Assembly: GCA_015057625.1 (NCBI GenBank)
Contig: SVDZ01000011.1
Span: forward strand, 30,644 to 94,643
Direction: 5' to 3'
From: Lachnospiraceae bacterium
GTDB taxonomy: Bacteria > Bacillota > Clostridia > Lachnospirales > Lachnospiraceae
DNA: 64,000 nucleotides
Shown: in pieces, positions 1 through 9,858 of the stretch
Layout of the letters: each line of letters starts with the position of its first letter
Numbering within the stretch: position 1 is the stretch's first letter
Made by a program: the position numbers and the translations under genes
The notes under the pieces: model-generated
Database searches by the model: none
Seen by the model: only the letters and a program-made list of their open reading frames with translations
What the model was told of the DNA's origin: nothing

Positions 1-97
1 CAGATGAAAGTAACCATCCGGGATTTCTTCTCCCCTAATTAAAGTAACATCTTTAACTTTATTCATCTTACTATCATAAGCATCCCATTTTTCCATT
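1..97 (-). CDS. Partial CDS (N-terminal 32 aa, runs off the window): possible NUDIX hydrolase N-terminus
   Basis: Reverse strand reads MEKWDAYDSKMNKVKDVTLIRGEEIPDGYFHL. This resembles the usual N-terminus of small Firmicutes NUDIX hydrolases. The ATG is at 95-97. Confidence 0.35.
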
Positions 98-377
98 TTA
101 AACTTTCCTCATAATGATATCATATTCAAAATATTGTTCTTGAAAATGTACAGTTGTGAATTTGAAGGCGATTTTGGAGAACTCGAAAAAGTTGATGACT
201 TGACATACAAAACTACCATTATAAATATTGTATACAAAAATGAAGCTGATTACCTATATTTCTATTTACCGGGTTCAAAAGTAGAAAAGATTCCCTTCGA
301 AAGGAAATGAAGGAGGAATATCTTAATCAGACTGAGTTGAATGAAAAATATCCTCGGCTACCATACACCCTATCACA

Positions 378-1184
378 CTAATTACCTGAACTTTTATAAT
401 ATTTCAACGAATACAACCAAAAAGCATATGCCAACAAATACATTCCAACACCAACTATTGGCGTTAAGTACAGATATATTTCCGGGTACTGACTCATATC
501 TTCTTTTCTGAGCAAAAACTGTGCCGGGAAATAATTTACAAAGGCGTATGGCATTATGTATATCATTAGAAACTGTACGCCCTTGTTAAATATGCTGATT
601 GGATATCCGGCAAATTTTCTTACATTCCAATACAACAGTTCTTTTATACTTCCTGTCTCTATCAAATAAATGTTGAGGGTTGCTATAAACAAAAATACTG
701 CTCCCTGTATCAGCACTCCTCCTATAACAGCAAATAAGTAATAGAGCGCATTGTAGATATTCCAATGTACGCCAACTTTCCCCGCAGATATTAGGAACAA
801 TGTTATCCCCAAACCACCATGTCCAATTGCTGCAAACCAGTCAGAATTCACAAAAATTATTTGAAATAAAATTCCTCGAGGTCTCAATACAAATCTATCA
901 AAACTGCCCTCTCTCACCATATTTCCAAAATCTCTAAGGCCTGTGAAAAATATAATCATTATTCCGTATGTCAGAAAAATCAGACTATACAAAAACAATA
1001 ATTCATAAATATTCCATCCATTAAGTGAATTAAACTTAAGCAGAGTAAAATAAATTACTATTATTCCTGTAGATTCTCTGGCAAATACAGCCAAGGATCT
1101 GAGCACTGCATCCACTCGGTACTGAAACCACGCCCTTGCAGTAGTCTTACTATATACTGTCATTAAATGTAATGTATCATTCAT
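378..1184 (-). CDS. ABC-2 family transporter permease (COG3694/COG4587-type)
   Basis: 268 aa with about 6 hydrophobic segments. It sits directly downstream of a second permease and two ABC ATPases. Confidence 0.8.
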   Translation of the reverse strand: MNDTLHLMTVYSKTTARAWFQYRVDAVLRSLAVFARESTGIIVIYFTLLKFNSLNGWNIYELLFLYSLIFLTYGIMIIFFTGLRDFGNMVREGSFDRFVLRPRGILFQIIFVNSDWFAAIGHGGLGITLFLISAGKVGVHWNIYNALYYLFAVIGGVLIQGAVFLFIATLNIYLIETGSIKELLYWNVRKFAGYPISIFNKGVQFLMIYIMPYAFVNYFPAQFLLRKEDMSQYPEIYLYLTPIVGVGMYLLAYAFWLYSLKYYKSSGN

Positions 1185-1186
1185 CC

Positions 1187-1981
1187 TTAACCTCCCTGTA
1201 CGATTAATTTCTTCTGTCCTTTATTCCATAAAAAGTCTCCTATCAGATATATCATCACTATCCAGACAATTTGTATAAAACACTTATACACAATCTCTGC
1301 TGTACCCAGTTGTCCAAGATATATCTGTACCGGTGTAAAATAAATGGAAGAAAACGGTGTGTATTTAAGAACGCCTCCAATCCACTCAGGCATAAACCAC
1401 AGCGGAATCATTGAACCGGACAATACATTGATAAATACATTTTTGATAGTTACTATGCTCCAGATATTAATAAGCCAGAACGCAGTCATCTGAACTGCAA
1501 AGCTAATAGACCAAAGCACTCCATATCCAAGTACCGCACTGATTATAAAAAGCGCTACATTAATTATTCCAGCCGGACTATGGATTCCTGTTGTAAAAAA
1601 TGCAATCAGAAAAACCGGTATAAATTTAAAAATAAGATTGAATGCTGAATCCCCAACGTTTTCTGCAATCATTCTTCCTTTGAAACTGATTGGTCTTAGC
1701 AATTCTGTTGAAATACTTCCATCCCATATTTTCCCCGGAAGAAAAAAATCATTAGGTCTGAATACCATTCCAAGTCCCATTGATATTATGAAGTTAGTTG
1801 TAACCATGGACATAGTTATTCCGTCTATTGTTTCTGCATCTCCATATAGAGCTCTGTATATTTCATAAAAAATAAAAAACTGTAAACATGTTGATAGTAT
1901 GCCAAGGAAATGGTCTACCCTATAAGCACTTCGACCCAGAAAGTTTTTCTTTGCATACGCAACGTAAGGTGTTATTCTCAT
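1187..1981 (-). CDS. ABC-2 family transporter permease
   Basis: 264 aa, multi-pass hydrophobic. A 4-nt start/stop overlap with the upstream ATPase gene suggests translational coupling. Confidence 0.8.
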   Translation of the reverse strand: MRITPYVAYAKKNFLGRSAYRVDHFLGILSTCLQFFIFYEIYRALYGDAETIDGITMSMVTTNFIISMGLGMVFRPNDFFLPGKIWDGSISTELLRPISFKGRMIAENVGDSAFNLIFKFIPVFLIAFFTTGIHSPAGIINVALFIISAVLGYGVLWSISFAVQMTAFWLINIWSIVTIKNVFINVLSGSMIPLWFMPEWIGGVLKYTPFSSIYFTPVQIYLGQLGTAEIVYKCFIQIVWIVMIYLIGDFLWNKGQKKLIVQGG

Positions 1982-2967
1982 GCGAGCACCTTCTCTCTGT
2001 TATATATTTTACGTATTATGCTCTCAATATCCGGCTCTGCTATATTTATGTCCTTTACATTATATTTTTTCAACAGTTCACTCATAAGGTCATTTATCAT
2101 TACCTTCTGTCCGTCAAAAACAAACTGCCTGTGTCTGTTGTCTATATCTATAATCTGAACATTCTTTATAGGAGCGACAGCTGTATCCTCTGAGAAAAAT
2201 ACATCCAACAGCCTTGCCTCCCCATTCAGGCTTCTTATTCCGTTTAGTTCTCCGTCATAAATCAACGTACCATCATTAATTACAACTAGGCGGTTACATG
2301 TCTTTTCAATATCCTGCATATCGTGTGTCGTAAAAATCATTGTCACTTTATCTTCTCTATTTAATTCCCTGATAAACTTTCTGATTGCCTCTTTTCCAAC
2401 AACATCAACACCTATTGTCGGCTCATCGAAGAATACTATTTCCGGTGAATGCAGGAGCGAGGATGCTATATCAGCTCTCATTCGCTGCCCCAGTGACAAC
2501 TGTCTGACCGGTTGATTAATAAAGCCTGACATGTCCAACATTTCGGTAAATCTATCAACGTTTTTTCTGTAAACATCATCCGGAATGCTGTAAATTGCCT
2601 TCAACAGTTCAAAGCTGTCCGCCACAGGCAAATCCCACTGAAGTTGTGATTTTTGTCCAAACACTACTCCAATATTTCCAACATATTTCTTGCGCTGTTT
2701 GTAAGGAACAAATTCACCAACTTTTATGCTTCCACTATCCGGATAAAGAATACCTGAAAGCATCTTAATTGTAGTTGATTTTCCTGCACCGTTTGGTCCC
2801 ACAAATCCAACCATCTCCCCTTTCTCAATGGAGAAACTTATATTGCGAACCGCTTCTTTTCTCTCATACTTTGGCGCAATGAGATTGGCAACCATCCCCG
2901 GTATTCCGCTTTTTCTTTTGCTGATTCTATATGCTTTACTAAGATTATTCACTTCGATAAAACTCAT
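1978..2967 (-). CDS. ABC transporter ATP-binding protein (COG4586-like)
   Basis: Walker A GPNGAGKST, signature LSLGQRMR, Walker B VFFDEPT, and H-loop TTHD. Confidence 0.9.
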   Translation of the reverse strand: MSFIEVNNLSKAYRISKRKSGIPGMVANLIAPKYERKEAVRNISFSIEKGEMVGFVGPNGAGKSTTIKMLSGILYPDSGSIKVGEFVPYKQRKKYVGNIGVVFGQKSQLQWDLPVADSFELLKAIYSIPDDVYRKNVDRFTEMLDMSGFINQPVRQLSLGQRMRADIASSLLHSPEIVFFDEPTIGVDVVGKEAIRKFIRELNREDKVTMIFTTHDMQDIEKTCNRLVVINDGTLIYDGELNGIRSLNGEARLLDVFFSEDTAVAPIKNVQIIDIDNRHRQFVFDGQKVMINDLMSELLKKYNVKDINIAEPDIESIIRKIYNREKVLA

Positions 2968-3856
2968 TTTGTCCTCCTATAATCTGCATCACTATACTCT
3001 CAAGTTCTGATTTTTCAATATTGATGTCTCGTATTTCTGTCTGGTCTAAAATCACTTCAACCACCTCTGAAGACGATATATAATTATCGTTATACTCATA
3101 TGTAATTTTATCGTTATCAATGGTGTAACGATTAATTGGTAAATCATCAATATTAGGCATTTCCCCCTCAAAAGTTATAGTCATTTTATTCTTTGGTAAA
3201 TATTTGCGTCGAAGTCTCTCCTTACTTCCATAATAAATAAGTGTCCCTTTATCTATTATGGCAAGTCTTGTACAGATATTTGATATGCTCTGCATATCAT
3301 GAGACGTGATAAGGATCGTCATTCCCTCACTTGCTTTTTCCTTTAATATTTTTGTGAGACACTCTTTTGCATTCTGATCCATTCCAACTGTGGGTTCATC
3401 CAGCAACAATAACATTGGTTCTAATATCAATGCTGCTGCAACTTCGACTCTCATTTTTTGTCCAAATGACAAACTGATAACTTTTTCATACTCATACCCT
3501 TTAAAGTCGAGCATTTCTGATATTTCATTATATCTTTTATAAAATTCTGACTTATTAATGCCATACATGATTCTGAGCATTTCAAAGTTCTGTATTACAC
3601 TGGTTTCTTTATCAAGCAGATTCTTTCCAACAATGAAAGTACTCACATCAGAGAAATACTTTTGACGATAGTCAACAGGATTCTTTCCAAGTACTCTGAC
3701 TCTGCCCAAATCAGGAGTCAACAACCCGCATGCAAGTCTTACAAAAGTTGTTTTCCCCGAACCACTTGCGCCAATCAGTCCTACTATCTCTCCTTTTGGT
3801 ATGTTTATTGATATGTCTGATAATATAAACTTTGATACCTTCTCAAAATTAATCAT
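2945..3856 (-). CDS. ABC transporter ATP-binding protein (second ATPase)
   Basis: Walker A GASGSGKTT, signature LSFGQKMR, Walker B LLLDEPT, and H-loop TSHD. Confidence 0.9.
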   Translation of the reverse strand: MINFEKVSKFILSDISINIPKGEIVGLIGASGSGKTTFVRLACGLLTPDLGRVRVLGKNPVDYRQKYFSDVSTFIVGKNLLDKETSVIQNFEMLRIMYGINKSEFYKRYNEISEMLDFKGYEYEKVISLSFGQKMRVEVAAALILEPMLLLLDEPTVGMDQNAKECLTKILKEKASEGMTILITSHDMQSISNICTRLAIIDKGTLIYYGSKERLRRKYLPKNKMTITFEGEMPNIDDLPINRYTIDNDKITYEYNDNYISSSEVVEVILDQTEIRDINIEKSELESIVMQIIGGQNEFYRSE

Positions 3857-3930
3857 AGACGGCCTCTCTCTTTCTTATTTCATGAAATACATACTAAACA
3901 TAAAAGTACCGGCTTTATACTTTTTGCTTA

Positions 3931-3973
3931 GCTAAAAAAAGTTTAGCCCTTGTAACACGATATTACAAGGGCT
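3931..3973 (-). terminator. Rho-independent terminator after the kinase gene
   Basis: Stem AGCCCTTGTAA / TTACAAGGGCT (3945-3955 / 3963-3973) followed on the minus strand by a T-run (plus-strand AAAAAAA at 3935-3941). Confidence 0.6.
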
Positions 3974-3983
3974 TTGGGATAAA

Positions 3984-4715
3984 CTACATCTGTGCAGGGA
4001 TGAACGCACACGCAACAAAATATCCGTCTTCTTCATAGAAATCAGACATTCCTCCATATTTATCTATTATACTTTTTATCTGTGGTATGCCTTTTCCATG
4101 TTCTTCTTTATTTTCTTTAGAGGATATGAGCTTAGGATTACTGTCAAGAACTGATTTTTCAATCTTATTTTTAACCATGATTACTTCATAATCTCTTCTT
4201 GCCAATATCTGAACTATCAGTTCTTTCTCTTTTTCTTTCATACAAGCCTCAATCCCATTATCAAGCAGGTTGCCAAGTAGTGAAGAAAAATCCAGACTTG
4301 CCATTCTCTCAAATGACAGATTTTCTACTTCTGCTTTTATCTGAATTTTTGCTTTTCGTGCAATCTCCAGTTTCTCATTTAATATATGATTCATAAGCGA
4401 ATTCCCGGTCTCTATGTAACTATGAATCATATTCAGTTTGTCTATAATCTTTGAGGTATAATCCTTTGCAGCTTCAACATCTTCTTTCTGCAAATATGAA
4501 GCAATAACCAGAAGGTGATTCTTCATATCATGCTTTAACGCTCTCATACTGTTATGTAGTTGCTTTATCTCTTCTTCTTTATTTTCAATGTCTTTTTTTT
4601 CGCTTTTCAATTCATCAAGTTCGTATCTGATCTGAGAATTTTCTGAAAATAGCCGATTATATTTTTCCTCCAACAACTCATTTTCCTGTTGCAGCTTTTT
4701 TTTATTTCCCATCAT
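3984..4715 (-). CDS. GHKL-type sensor histidine kinase (AgrC/LytS HPK10-like) with no transmembrane segments
   Basis: Coiled-coil N-terminus, H-box region ALKHDMKNHL, N-box LLGNLLDNGIEA, and GKGIPQI. No hydrophobic segment is visible. The start overlaps the response regulator stop. Confidence 0.75.
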   Translation of the reverse strand: MMGNKKKLQQENELLEEKYNRLFSENSQIRYELDELKSEKKDIENKEEEIKQLHNSMRALKHDMKNHLLVIASYLQKEDVEAAKDYTSKIIDKLNMIHSYIETGNSLMNHILNEKLEIARKAKIQIKAEVENLSFERMASLDFSSLLGNLLDNGIEACMKEKEKELIVQILARRDYEVIMVKNKIEKSVLDSNPKLISSKENKEEHGKGIPQIKSIIDKYGGMSDFYEEDGYFVACAFIPAQM

Positions 4716-5446
4716 CTAATCATGTACCTCATCAGTTTTTTTCTTGCATTCTCACCAAAACTTCGTCCTATTGGCAGGCTCTCTCCATTTATCAGTTTGC
4801 ATTCTTCAGAATTAAGACTCATAACTGCACTCTGATTAACTATGAACCCTTTGTGAATTCTGATAAAACCGTAGCTCTCCATAGAATTTTCAATCGACTG
4901 CATCGTATCTCTGAATCTATACTCATTATCTTTTGCAAAAACTTTGATGTAATTTCCGTCAGATTCAAAAAATAAAATATCATTTATCATAATGCTGATA
5001 TCTTCGGATGCAGTTCTGAAATAGAATCTCTTTTCATTGTTTACAATCTCTGATACACCGTCATTTAACACCTTTGGCAATTCTTTTGCCAGATATGATT
5101 TTCTAACAAAACCAAATGGATGAAACTGTAAACTTTCATATACTAATTCGTCATGGCTGGTAACAAAAACAACCAATGGTTTTGGATTCATATTGGAAAC
5201 ATATTTTGCAATATCCAACCCTGTTATTTCAGGCATATCTATATCTAACAGCAACATATCATATGTTTTTTTCTGAATTGATTCCAACAGTTTTTCCCCT
5301 GATTCATATGCCCAGACATCACATCCGTCAATTGTCTCTTTAATCAGTTCTGTAAGATCTGCTATCATTTTCTTTTCGTCATCGCATACAGCGATTTGGA
5401 TATTCTTTCCATTTGCAAACTGCTTTTCATCCATTTTTACATTCAC
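4712..5446 (-). CDS. LytTR-family response regulator
   Basis: Receiver domain (IAVCDDE, LLLDIDMP) plus a C-terminal LytTR-like DNA-binding domain (FIRIHKGFIVN). Confidence 0.9.
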   Translation of the reverse strand: MNVKMDEKQFANGKNIQIAVCDDEKKMIADLTELIKETIDGCDVWAYESGEKLLESIQKKTYDMLLLDIDMPEITGLDIAKYVSNMNPKPLVVFVTSHDELVYESLQFHPFGFVRKSYLAKELPKVLNDGVSEIVNNEKRFYFRTASEDISIMINDILFFESDGNYIKVFAKDNEYRFRDTMQSIENSMESYGFIRIHKGFIVNQSAVMSLNSEECKLINGESLPIGRSFGENARKKLMRYMIR

Positions 5447-5634
5447 TTTCTCAGTTATTATTTATTCACATCATTTGGGAAAGCTTAATTCCTCCGGCAA
5501 TATTTATTTTATTATATTCATTTATATGAACACTTTCAAGCCTGCTTTAGCACATATCAAATAATAATATCCGCAAAAAATGCGTGCCATCTTAAGTAAT
5601 AAAAAATGGCATCGTTTAAACTAAATTTATATTG

Positions 5635-6021
5635 TTAAAATATTGCTAATCCTATTCTACAACAAACTCCGATAATATTTTTCTCTTCGTCTCTTGCAAC
5701 AAGACTAATCGCCACTCGGCTCACTAAAGTTTCAATTCTCTCACGAAATCTTTCTTTCGGATACTGTGTCCCCAAATCCGAGCGCTTCAAAAATTCAATA
5801 TATTCATCAGCTGTTATTCTTTCCTCACAAATTTTATAATCCACCCAATTCACTCCCTTTTTAACTTTCTTATACACTAACATTCCATTGCCGTAAGGAT
5901 CATCTTCTGCTCCAAATTCTTCATTTACAAAAGTATATCCACATTTTTCAAGAACTCTTGCTGATGCACCGTTTCCATGCACAACACGACCATGAATAAC
6001 CCACTGATGAAAATCATCCAC
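5635..6021 (-). pseudogene. Fused remnants of two GNAT acetyltransferase genes (a C-terminal fragment followed by an N-terminal fragment)
   Basis: [22 protein letters not shown]...YGNGMLVYKK looks like the end of a RimJ-type GNAT. It is followed in frame by DYKICEERITADEYIEFLKRSDLG...VARDEEKNIIGVC, which looks like a GNAT start and is then truncated. Confidence 0.5.
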
Positions 6022-6190
6022 TTCGCCCTCAAATGAGACTCCTTATAAGCACTGTACAATCGCTTCGGTTCATTATTCTCTCCTCCGGACCACCTGGGGC
6101 CAACAGCATGGATCACATACTTTGCCGCCTTCCCAAAGGCCCGTATTGGCTGCATTTACAATAGCATCCGTATATTGTACATTCCACAAA
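5925..6190 (-). pseudogene. Macro-domain (ADP-ribose binding/hydrolase) gene remnant with an internal deletion and frameshift
   Basis: One frame reads [13 protein letters not shown] and another reads [33 protein letters not shown]. The segment normally lying between these motifs is missing, and the frame then runs into the GNAT fragment. Confidence 0.5.
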
Positions 6191-6209
6191 AAGTAAATTC
6201 CTCCACTAA

Positions 6210-7004
6210 TTATCCTTTTTGTAAAATGTCTAAGACATGATCTGATGCCCCAAGCAGTTCATAACGTTCACAGGTTGCCAGATGATACTCGATAAATAGC
6301 CGATATTCTTCCTCTGTAAACTCCGGCATCTGATGTCTTAAATATCTTGCCGCTCCGTCTGTAGCGATAATCTTATCTCTTTTTACCGGGAATCCTTCAT
6401 TGACTTGATTGATATCTTCAATTCTAACAATATCTATTATTTCCTCCGGCTTGGATTTACATTTGAACCCCTCTTCAAACATATCATTTTCCATGTAACC
6501 TGTAATCAGTTTTTTCCCGAACATATAATGAATCATCACTGCTTCGTTCATGCAGTATGCCACCATAATGACACCGCCCTTTTTCGTTACACGAACTGCC
6601 TCTTCCATAACCTTTTTCTTATCCTCAAGGTTATATAAGTGATACATTGGGCCAAGCACCAGCGTCATGTCAAAGGACGCATCTTCATATCGGGATAAAT
6701 CCATAGCATTGCCCTGCTCTGCTACAATGCTATGTTCCGGTTTGATTTTTGACTTCAATACTTTCAGATTATGTTCCACCAGTTCCACAGCGGTCACCTG
6801 ATATCCCATATCTGCCAGGGCAATGCTGTACCGCCCTGTAGCCGCTCCTAATTCCAGAATTTTTGCATTCTTGTCATCTCCCAAGTATTCCTTGATGTAC
6901 TTCATCGTGGTCACAAATTCCACATTTCCATCTCTGCTTAAAAGTCTTTCCTCTTCATTACAATGATTCTCGTAAAAATTGACAAGTATATCATTTTCCA
7001 TCAT
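6210..7004 (-). CDS. Class I SAM-dependent methyltransferase
   Basis: Motif I ILELGAATGRYS and a Rossmann-fold pattern. Confidence 0.85.
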   Translation of the reverse strand: MMENDILVNFYENHCNEEERLLSRDGNVEFVTTMKYIKEYLGDDKNAKILELGAATGRYSIALADMGYQVTAVELVEHNLKVLKSKIKPEHSIVAEQGNAMDLSRYEDASFDMTLVLGPMYHLYNLEDKKKVMEEAVRVTKKGGVIMVAYCMNEAVMIHYMFGKKLITGYMENDMFEEGFKCKSKPEEIIDIVRIEDINQVNEGFPVKRDKIIATDGAARYLRHQMPEFTEEEYRLFIEYHLATCERYELLGASDHVLDILQKG

Positions 7005-7554
7005 AGTCCTCCTTTAATATGCTATATTCCACAATATCTGTAATCCCCTGCTTGCTCCATCCGGCTTGCCTTCTGGTACCCTCATAGGTCATTCCCATTT
7101 TCTGCATTGCTTTCCCTGATTTTTGGTTGTTTACTTGATGCTGTGCCTGAATTCTGTTAAATCCAATTTCCTCAAACAAATATTTGATTACCGCCTTTCC
7201 GGCTTCCGGCATAATTCCATTGCCCCACCATTTGGAGCCCATGCAGTATCCAATCTCTGCGCACAAAATATATTCCTTGATTTGAACAACGGAAATATTC
7301 CCAACAATCTCCCCGGTTTCTTTCAATTCAATTACCCAGTTGTAATAATCCGGTCGTTCATACTGTGCTGTCCAATCCGTCAACAATCCCTTCGTAATTT
7401 CCGAGCTCTCGTGAGTGGGCCAAGGCAGGTAACGGCTTACCTCATCTTCCGATGCCCAATTATCAAACATCGCCTGTGCATCTTCCAGCGTAAACTTTCT
7501 AAGAATTAGCCGCTTCGTTTCTAACTTTTTTGTTCCCTGATGATTCATTTTCAA
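6991..7554 (-). CDS. GNAT family N-acetyltransferase (RimJ/RimL-like)
   Basis: LETKRLILRKFTLEDA start and a GNGIMPEAGKAVIKYLFEEIGFNRI core. Confidence 0.85.
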   Translation of the reverse strand: MKMNHQGTKKLETKRLILRKFTLEDAQAMFDNWASEDEVSRYLPWPTHESSEITKGLLTDWTAQYERPDYYNWVIELKETGEIVGNISVVQIKEYILCAEIGYCMGSKWWGNGIMPEAGKAVIKYLFEEIGFNRIQAQHQVNNQKSGKAMQKMGMTYEGTRRQAGWSKQGITDIVEYSILKEDYDGK

Positions 7555-7872
7555 ACCTCCTCATAAAAAATAAAAAAACCACCAAACAATATTGCTATTG
7601 CTTAATGGTATCTGACACTTGAATTTCTTTTTTTATAATTTAAGAACCGGAATATTCTCCAATACAGTATCTTTTTCCATCAGCAATAGACCCATAGCCG
7701 ACCTTGACCACAAGCAACTTCGATAATCTATCGCACTTTGAAAAAAGATTTCTGTTCTGCATTGTTCTGATTCCTTTCCTAAATTCTTATAACGTTATAA
7801 TTGTGTTTTATTATACACGCATAAATACAATTGTCAAATATTTTTATTAACTCCGTTACTGTCATTCTTAAT

Positions 7873-8709
7873 TTATGCAATTATCATATTAGTGATTCTT
7901 TGCACAACTTCAACCACTTCTTTATATTGAACTTTTCCTACATAATAGTTTTTGCTAGTATAATTATTCCACAACTCTTCCAATATACTACTATCTGATA
8001 TATTTTTTAATTCCTCTAGAATCTTTTTATCTGTAAATTCTGTTCCACGGCGCACGCAAGTTGCCTTAAATGCTTCTTTTAAAACATCTACTGAAAAACC
8101 AATTTCTTTTTCCAACTTATAAATATCATAAAAGTCTCTCATTCTCGTATTTGCTGTTCCACGACTAATGATAGTCTGTGTTTTTTCAGCAAGTGTTGTT
8201 TCAATATTATATGTATTGAGCAATATACTTCTGTCTTCAAACATTAATTTGTATTCATACTCTATTGCAGACGTAGTAATTTTATCATTAGTAGAAATAT
8301 CAATCTTAACTGGTTGTCTTAGTTTTTCAAGAGTTGCCTCCATATTAATTCTAAGACCCGGGTATTCAAAGTCATCCATAATATTATCAATTTTAACAAC
8401 TTTGAAAACAATATTATCCTCTAATTCAATATTGCATATTTCATCTAAAACCTCCAACATATATTCCTTTGTAAGCGGCAAAGATTCTACTGTTGTATCG
8501 ATATCCATCGTTGATCTCAAATCAATTCCTAAAAGAGAGGAAACAAGCATCCCTCCCTTCAAAATAAAATTATCTCTGTATTTTGACAATGAAACTCTTT
8601 CCATAAATCTTTCCATAAAATAAATCCTAATATATGATTTTGCAATCCTATCATTTCCCTTTGACACATTTCGAATTTTCGCCTTCAGCTGAATAGCTGT
8701 ACTTATCAT
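7873..8709 (-). CDS. AbiEii/AbiGii-family nucleotidyltransferase toxin (type IV TA)
   Basis: FILKGGMLVSSLLGIDLRSTMDIDTT (GG plus DxD nucleotidyltransferase signature). A 4-nt overlap links it to the upstream AbiEi-like gene. Confidence 0.85.
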   Translation of the reverse strand: MISTAIQLKAKIRNVSKGNDRIAKSYIRIYFMERFMERVSLSKYRDNFILKGGMLVSSLLGIDLRSTMDIDTTVESLPLTKEYMLEVLDEICNIELEDNIVFKVVKIDNIMDDFEYPGLRINMEATLEKLRQPVKIDISTNDKITTSAIEYEYKLMFEDRSILLNTYNIETTLAEKTQTIISRGTANTRMRDFYDIYKLEKEIGFSVDVLKEAFKATCVRRGTEFTDKKILEELKNISDSSILEELWNNYTSKNYYVGKVQYKEVVEVVQRITNMIIA

Positions 8710-9299
8710 ACCAGTACCTCCACATACTTCTTCATTTCATCTTCAATTTTCAACAATTTTGCATACCTCATCAATTTGGATAGTTCTCTATCCTTGTCTC
8801 TCAAATAGCTTACAAGCGCAGTTTGATAATTCTGAACTTCAGTTTTTTTTCTATTTTTTACAAGGTCACAAATGCATCTTTCCCGATCATAACACCTGAT
8901 TTTATTTCCAAAATTAGTTTCAATTTCAACAATTCCCAAATTATATGTTTCCTCTTTCTCTTGATGAATTTCAACACCTTTTTTCCGTAATCTGCTTCCA
9001 CTAAAACCTCTGGGAACACTAACATAAATTTTGTTACATTCACGATCAATCAACTGATGCAAATACAATGCTGTCTCTCCTGAAAAAATAATATTGGGAT
9101 AACATCTTTGCATAATAAATAGTTCATCTTCCCATGTATCCTCTGAAATATAGATTCCTTTAGCCACTCTCTCAAAATTATTTGAATGGACATATTCTGC
9201 TAAATATGTTCTGGAAATATGTTCCTTTTCCACATCAGATACAAATAAATATCCGTTATTCTTTTCTGTCATTTTATCTAATAATTCTTTTTTATTCAT
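8706..9299 (-). CDS. AbiEi-family antitoxin / transcriptional regulator
   Basis: GYLFVSDVEKEHISRTYLAEYVHSNNFERVAKGIYI is typical of AbiEi_4. The start is placed at MNKKELL (9299); the ORF stays open to 9368. Confidence 0.8.
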   Translation of the reverse strand: MNKKELLDKMTEKNNGYLFVSDVEKEHISRTYLAEYVHSNNFERVAKGIYISEDTWEDELFIMQRCYPNIIFSGETALYLHQLIDRECNKIYVSVPRGFSGSRLRKKGVEIHQEKEETYNLGIVEIETNFGNKIRCYDRERCICDLVKNRKKTEVQNYQTALVSYLRDKDRELSKLMRYAKLLKIEDEMKKYVEVLV

Positions 9300-9425
9300 A
9301 GTAATCACCCACTTTACATTCGTGCTATTATTTAAGATTATATTAGCACCATCGTTAAGTCGTGTCAATTATTTTTATTTTTAAAAAACACTTAGCCCAA
9401 TAGACATATGAGCGGTTGCTTGTTT

Positions 9426-9482
9426 TGCAAGATACGCGCTTGTAATACAACGCTGCTTGTTAGGAAGTATCCTAAGACCTCT
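9426..9482 (+). repeat. Conserved structured motif, copy 1 (TGCAAGATACGC - variable hairpin - CTTGTTAGGA-loop-TCCTAAGACCT)
   Basis: Shares its 5' and 3' blocks with copies at 39415-39471 (minus) and 41997-42055 (plus). The central hairpin differs in sequence but keeps its pairing. Confidence 0.6.
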
Positions 9483-9858
9483 TATGTATCGTTGTCATGA
9501 TGACAACACTCTAGGCATTACTACTCTTTACACTACGTAGTAGCGAAATACTAAGAGAATAAAATCGTCAGATTTTGTGCGATGGGTGTATTTTGCTCTC
9601 ATACGCCGAGGGCTTAGTGATGTGTGCCCTATCACTTTAATTATTTTCATATTCTCCTCCATCTGTTTGACTTATAAAACCATATAGACTAGTATTATAT
9701 TATCAACATTAATGGGAGGTGTGTGTTTGAAATTTAGTTATCGTGTGGAAGTATGTGCGGCATAGGCTGTCATATTTCGATAGCCTGTGCATTCTAGCTT
9801 AACAATAACTGTATTATGAATTTATTTCATATCACAGCATATGATAGGAGGCACATAC

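Noticed and set aside
146-310. 54-codon plus-strand ORF (MYSCEFEGDFGELEKVDDLTYKTTIINIVYKNEADYLYFYLPGSKVEKIPFERK)
   Set aside because: No RBS is present, and it looks like the C-terminal fragment of a larger protein. It is probably a gene remnant, and the evidence is too thin to list it as a feature.
7561-7620. Shared 24-nt sequence AAAAACCACCAAACAATATT.CTAT at 7576-7600 and 30463-30487 as a novel dispersed element
   Set aside because: Both copies fold only on the minus-strand RNA (through G-U pairs) into hairpins followed by T-runs at gene ends. They are most simply related Rho-independent terminators and are too short to call a mobile repeat.
7640-7762. 40-codon minus-strand ORF (MQNRNLFSKCDRLSKLLVVKVGYGSIADGKRYCIGEYSGS) between the GNAT gene and AbiEii
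   Set aside because: It has a weak RBS and no recognisable family. It may be a fragment. Not supported well enough.
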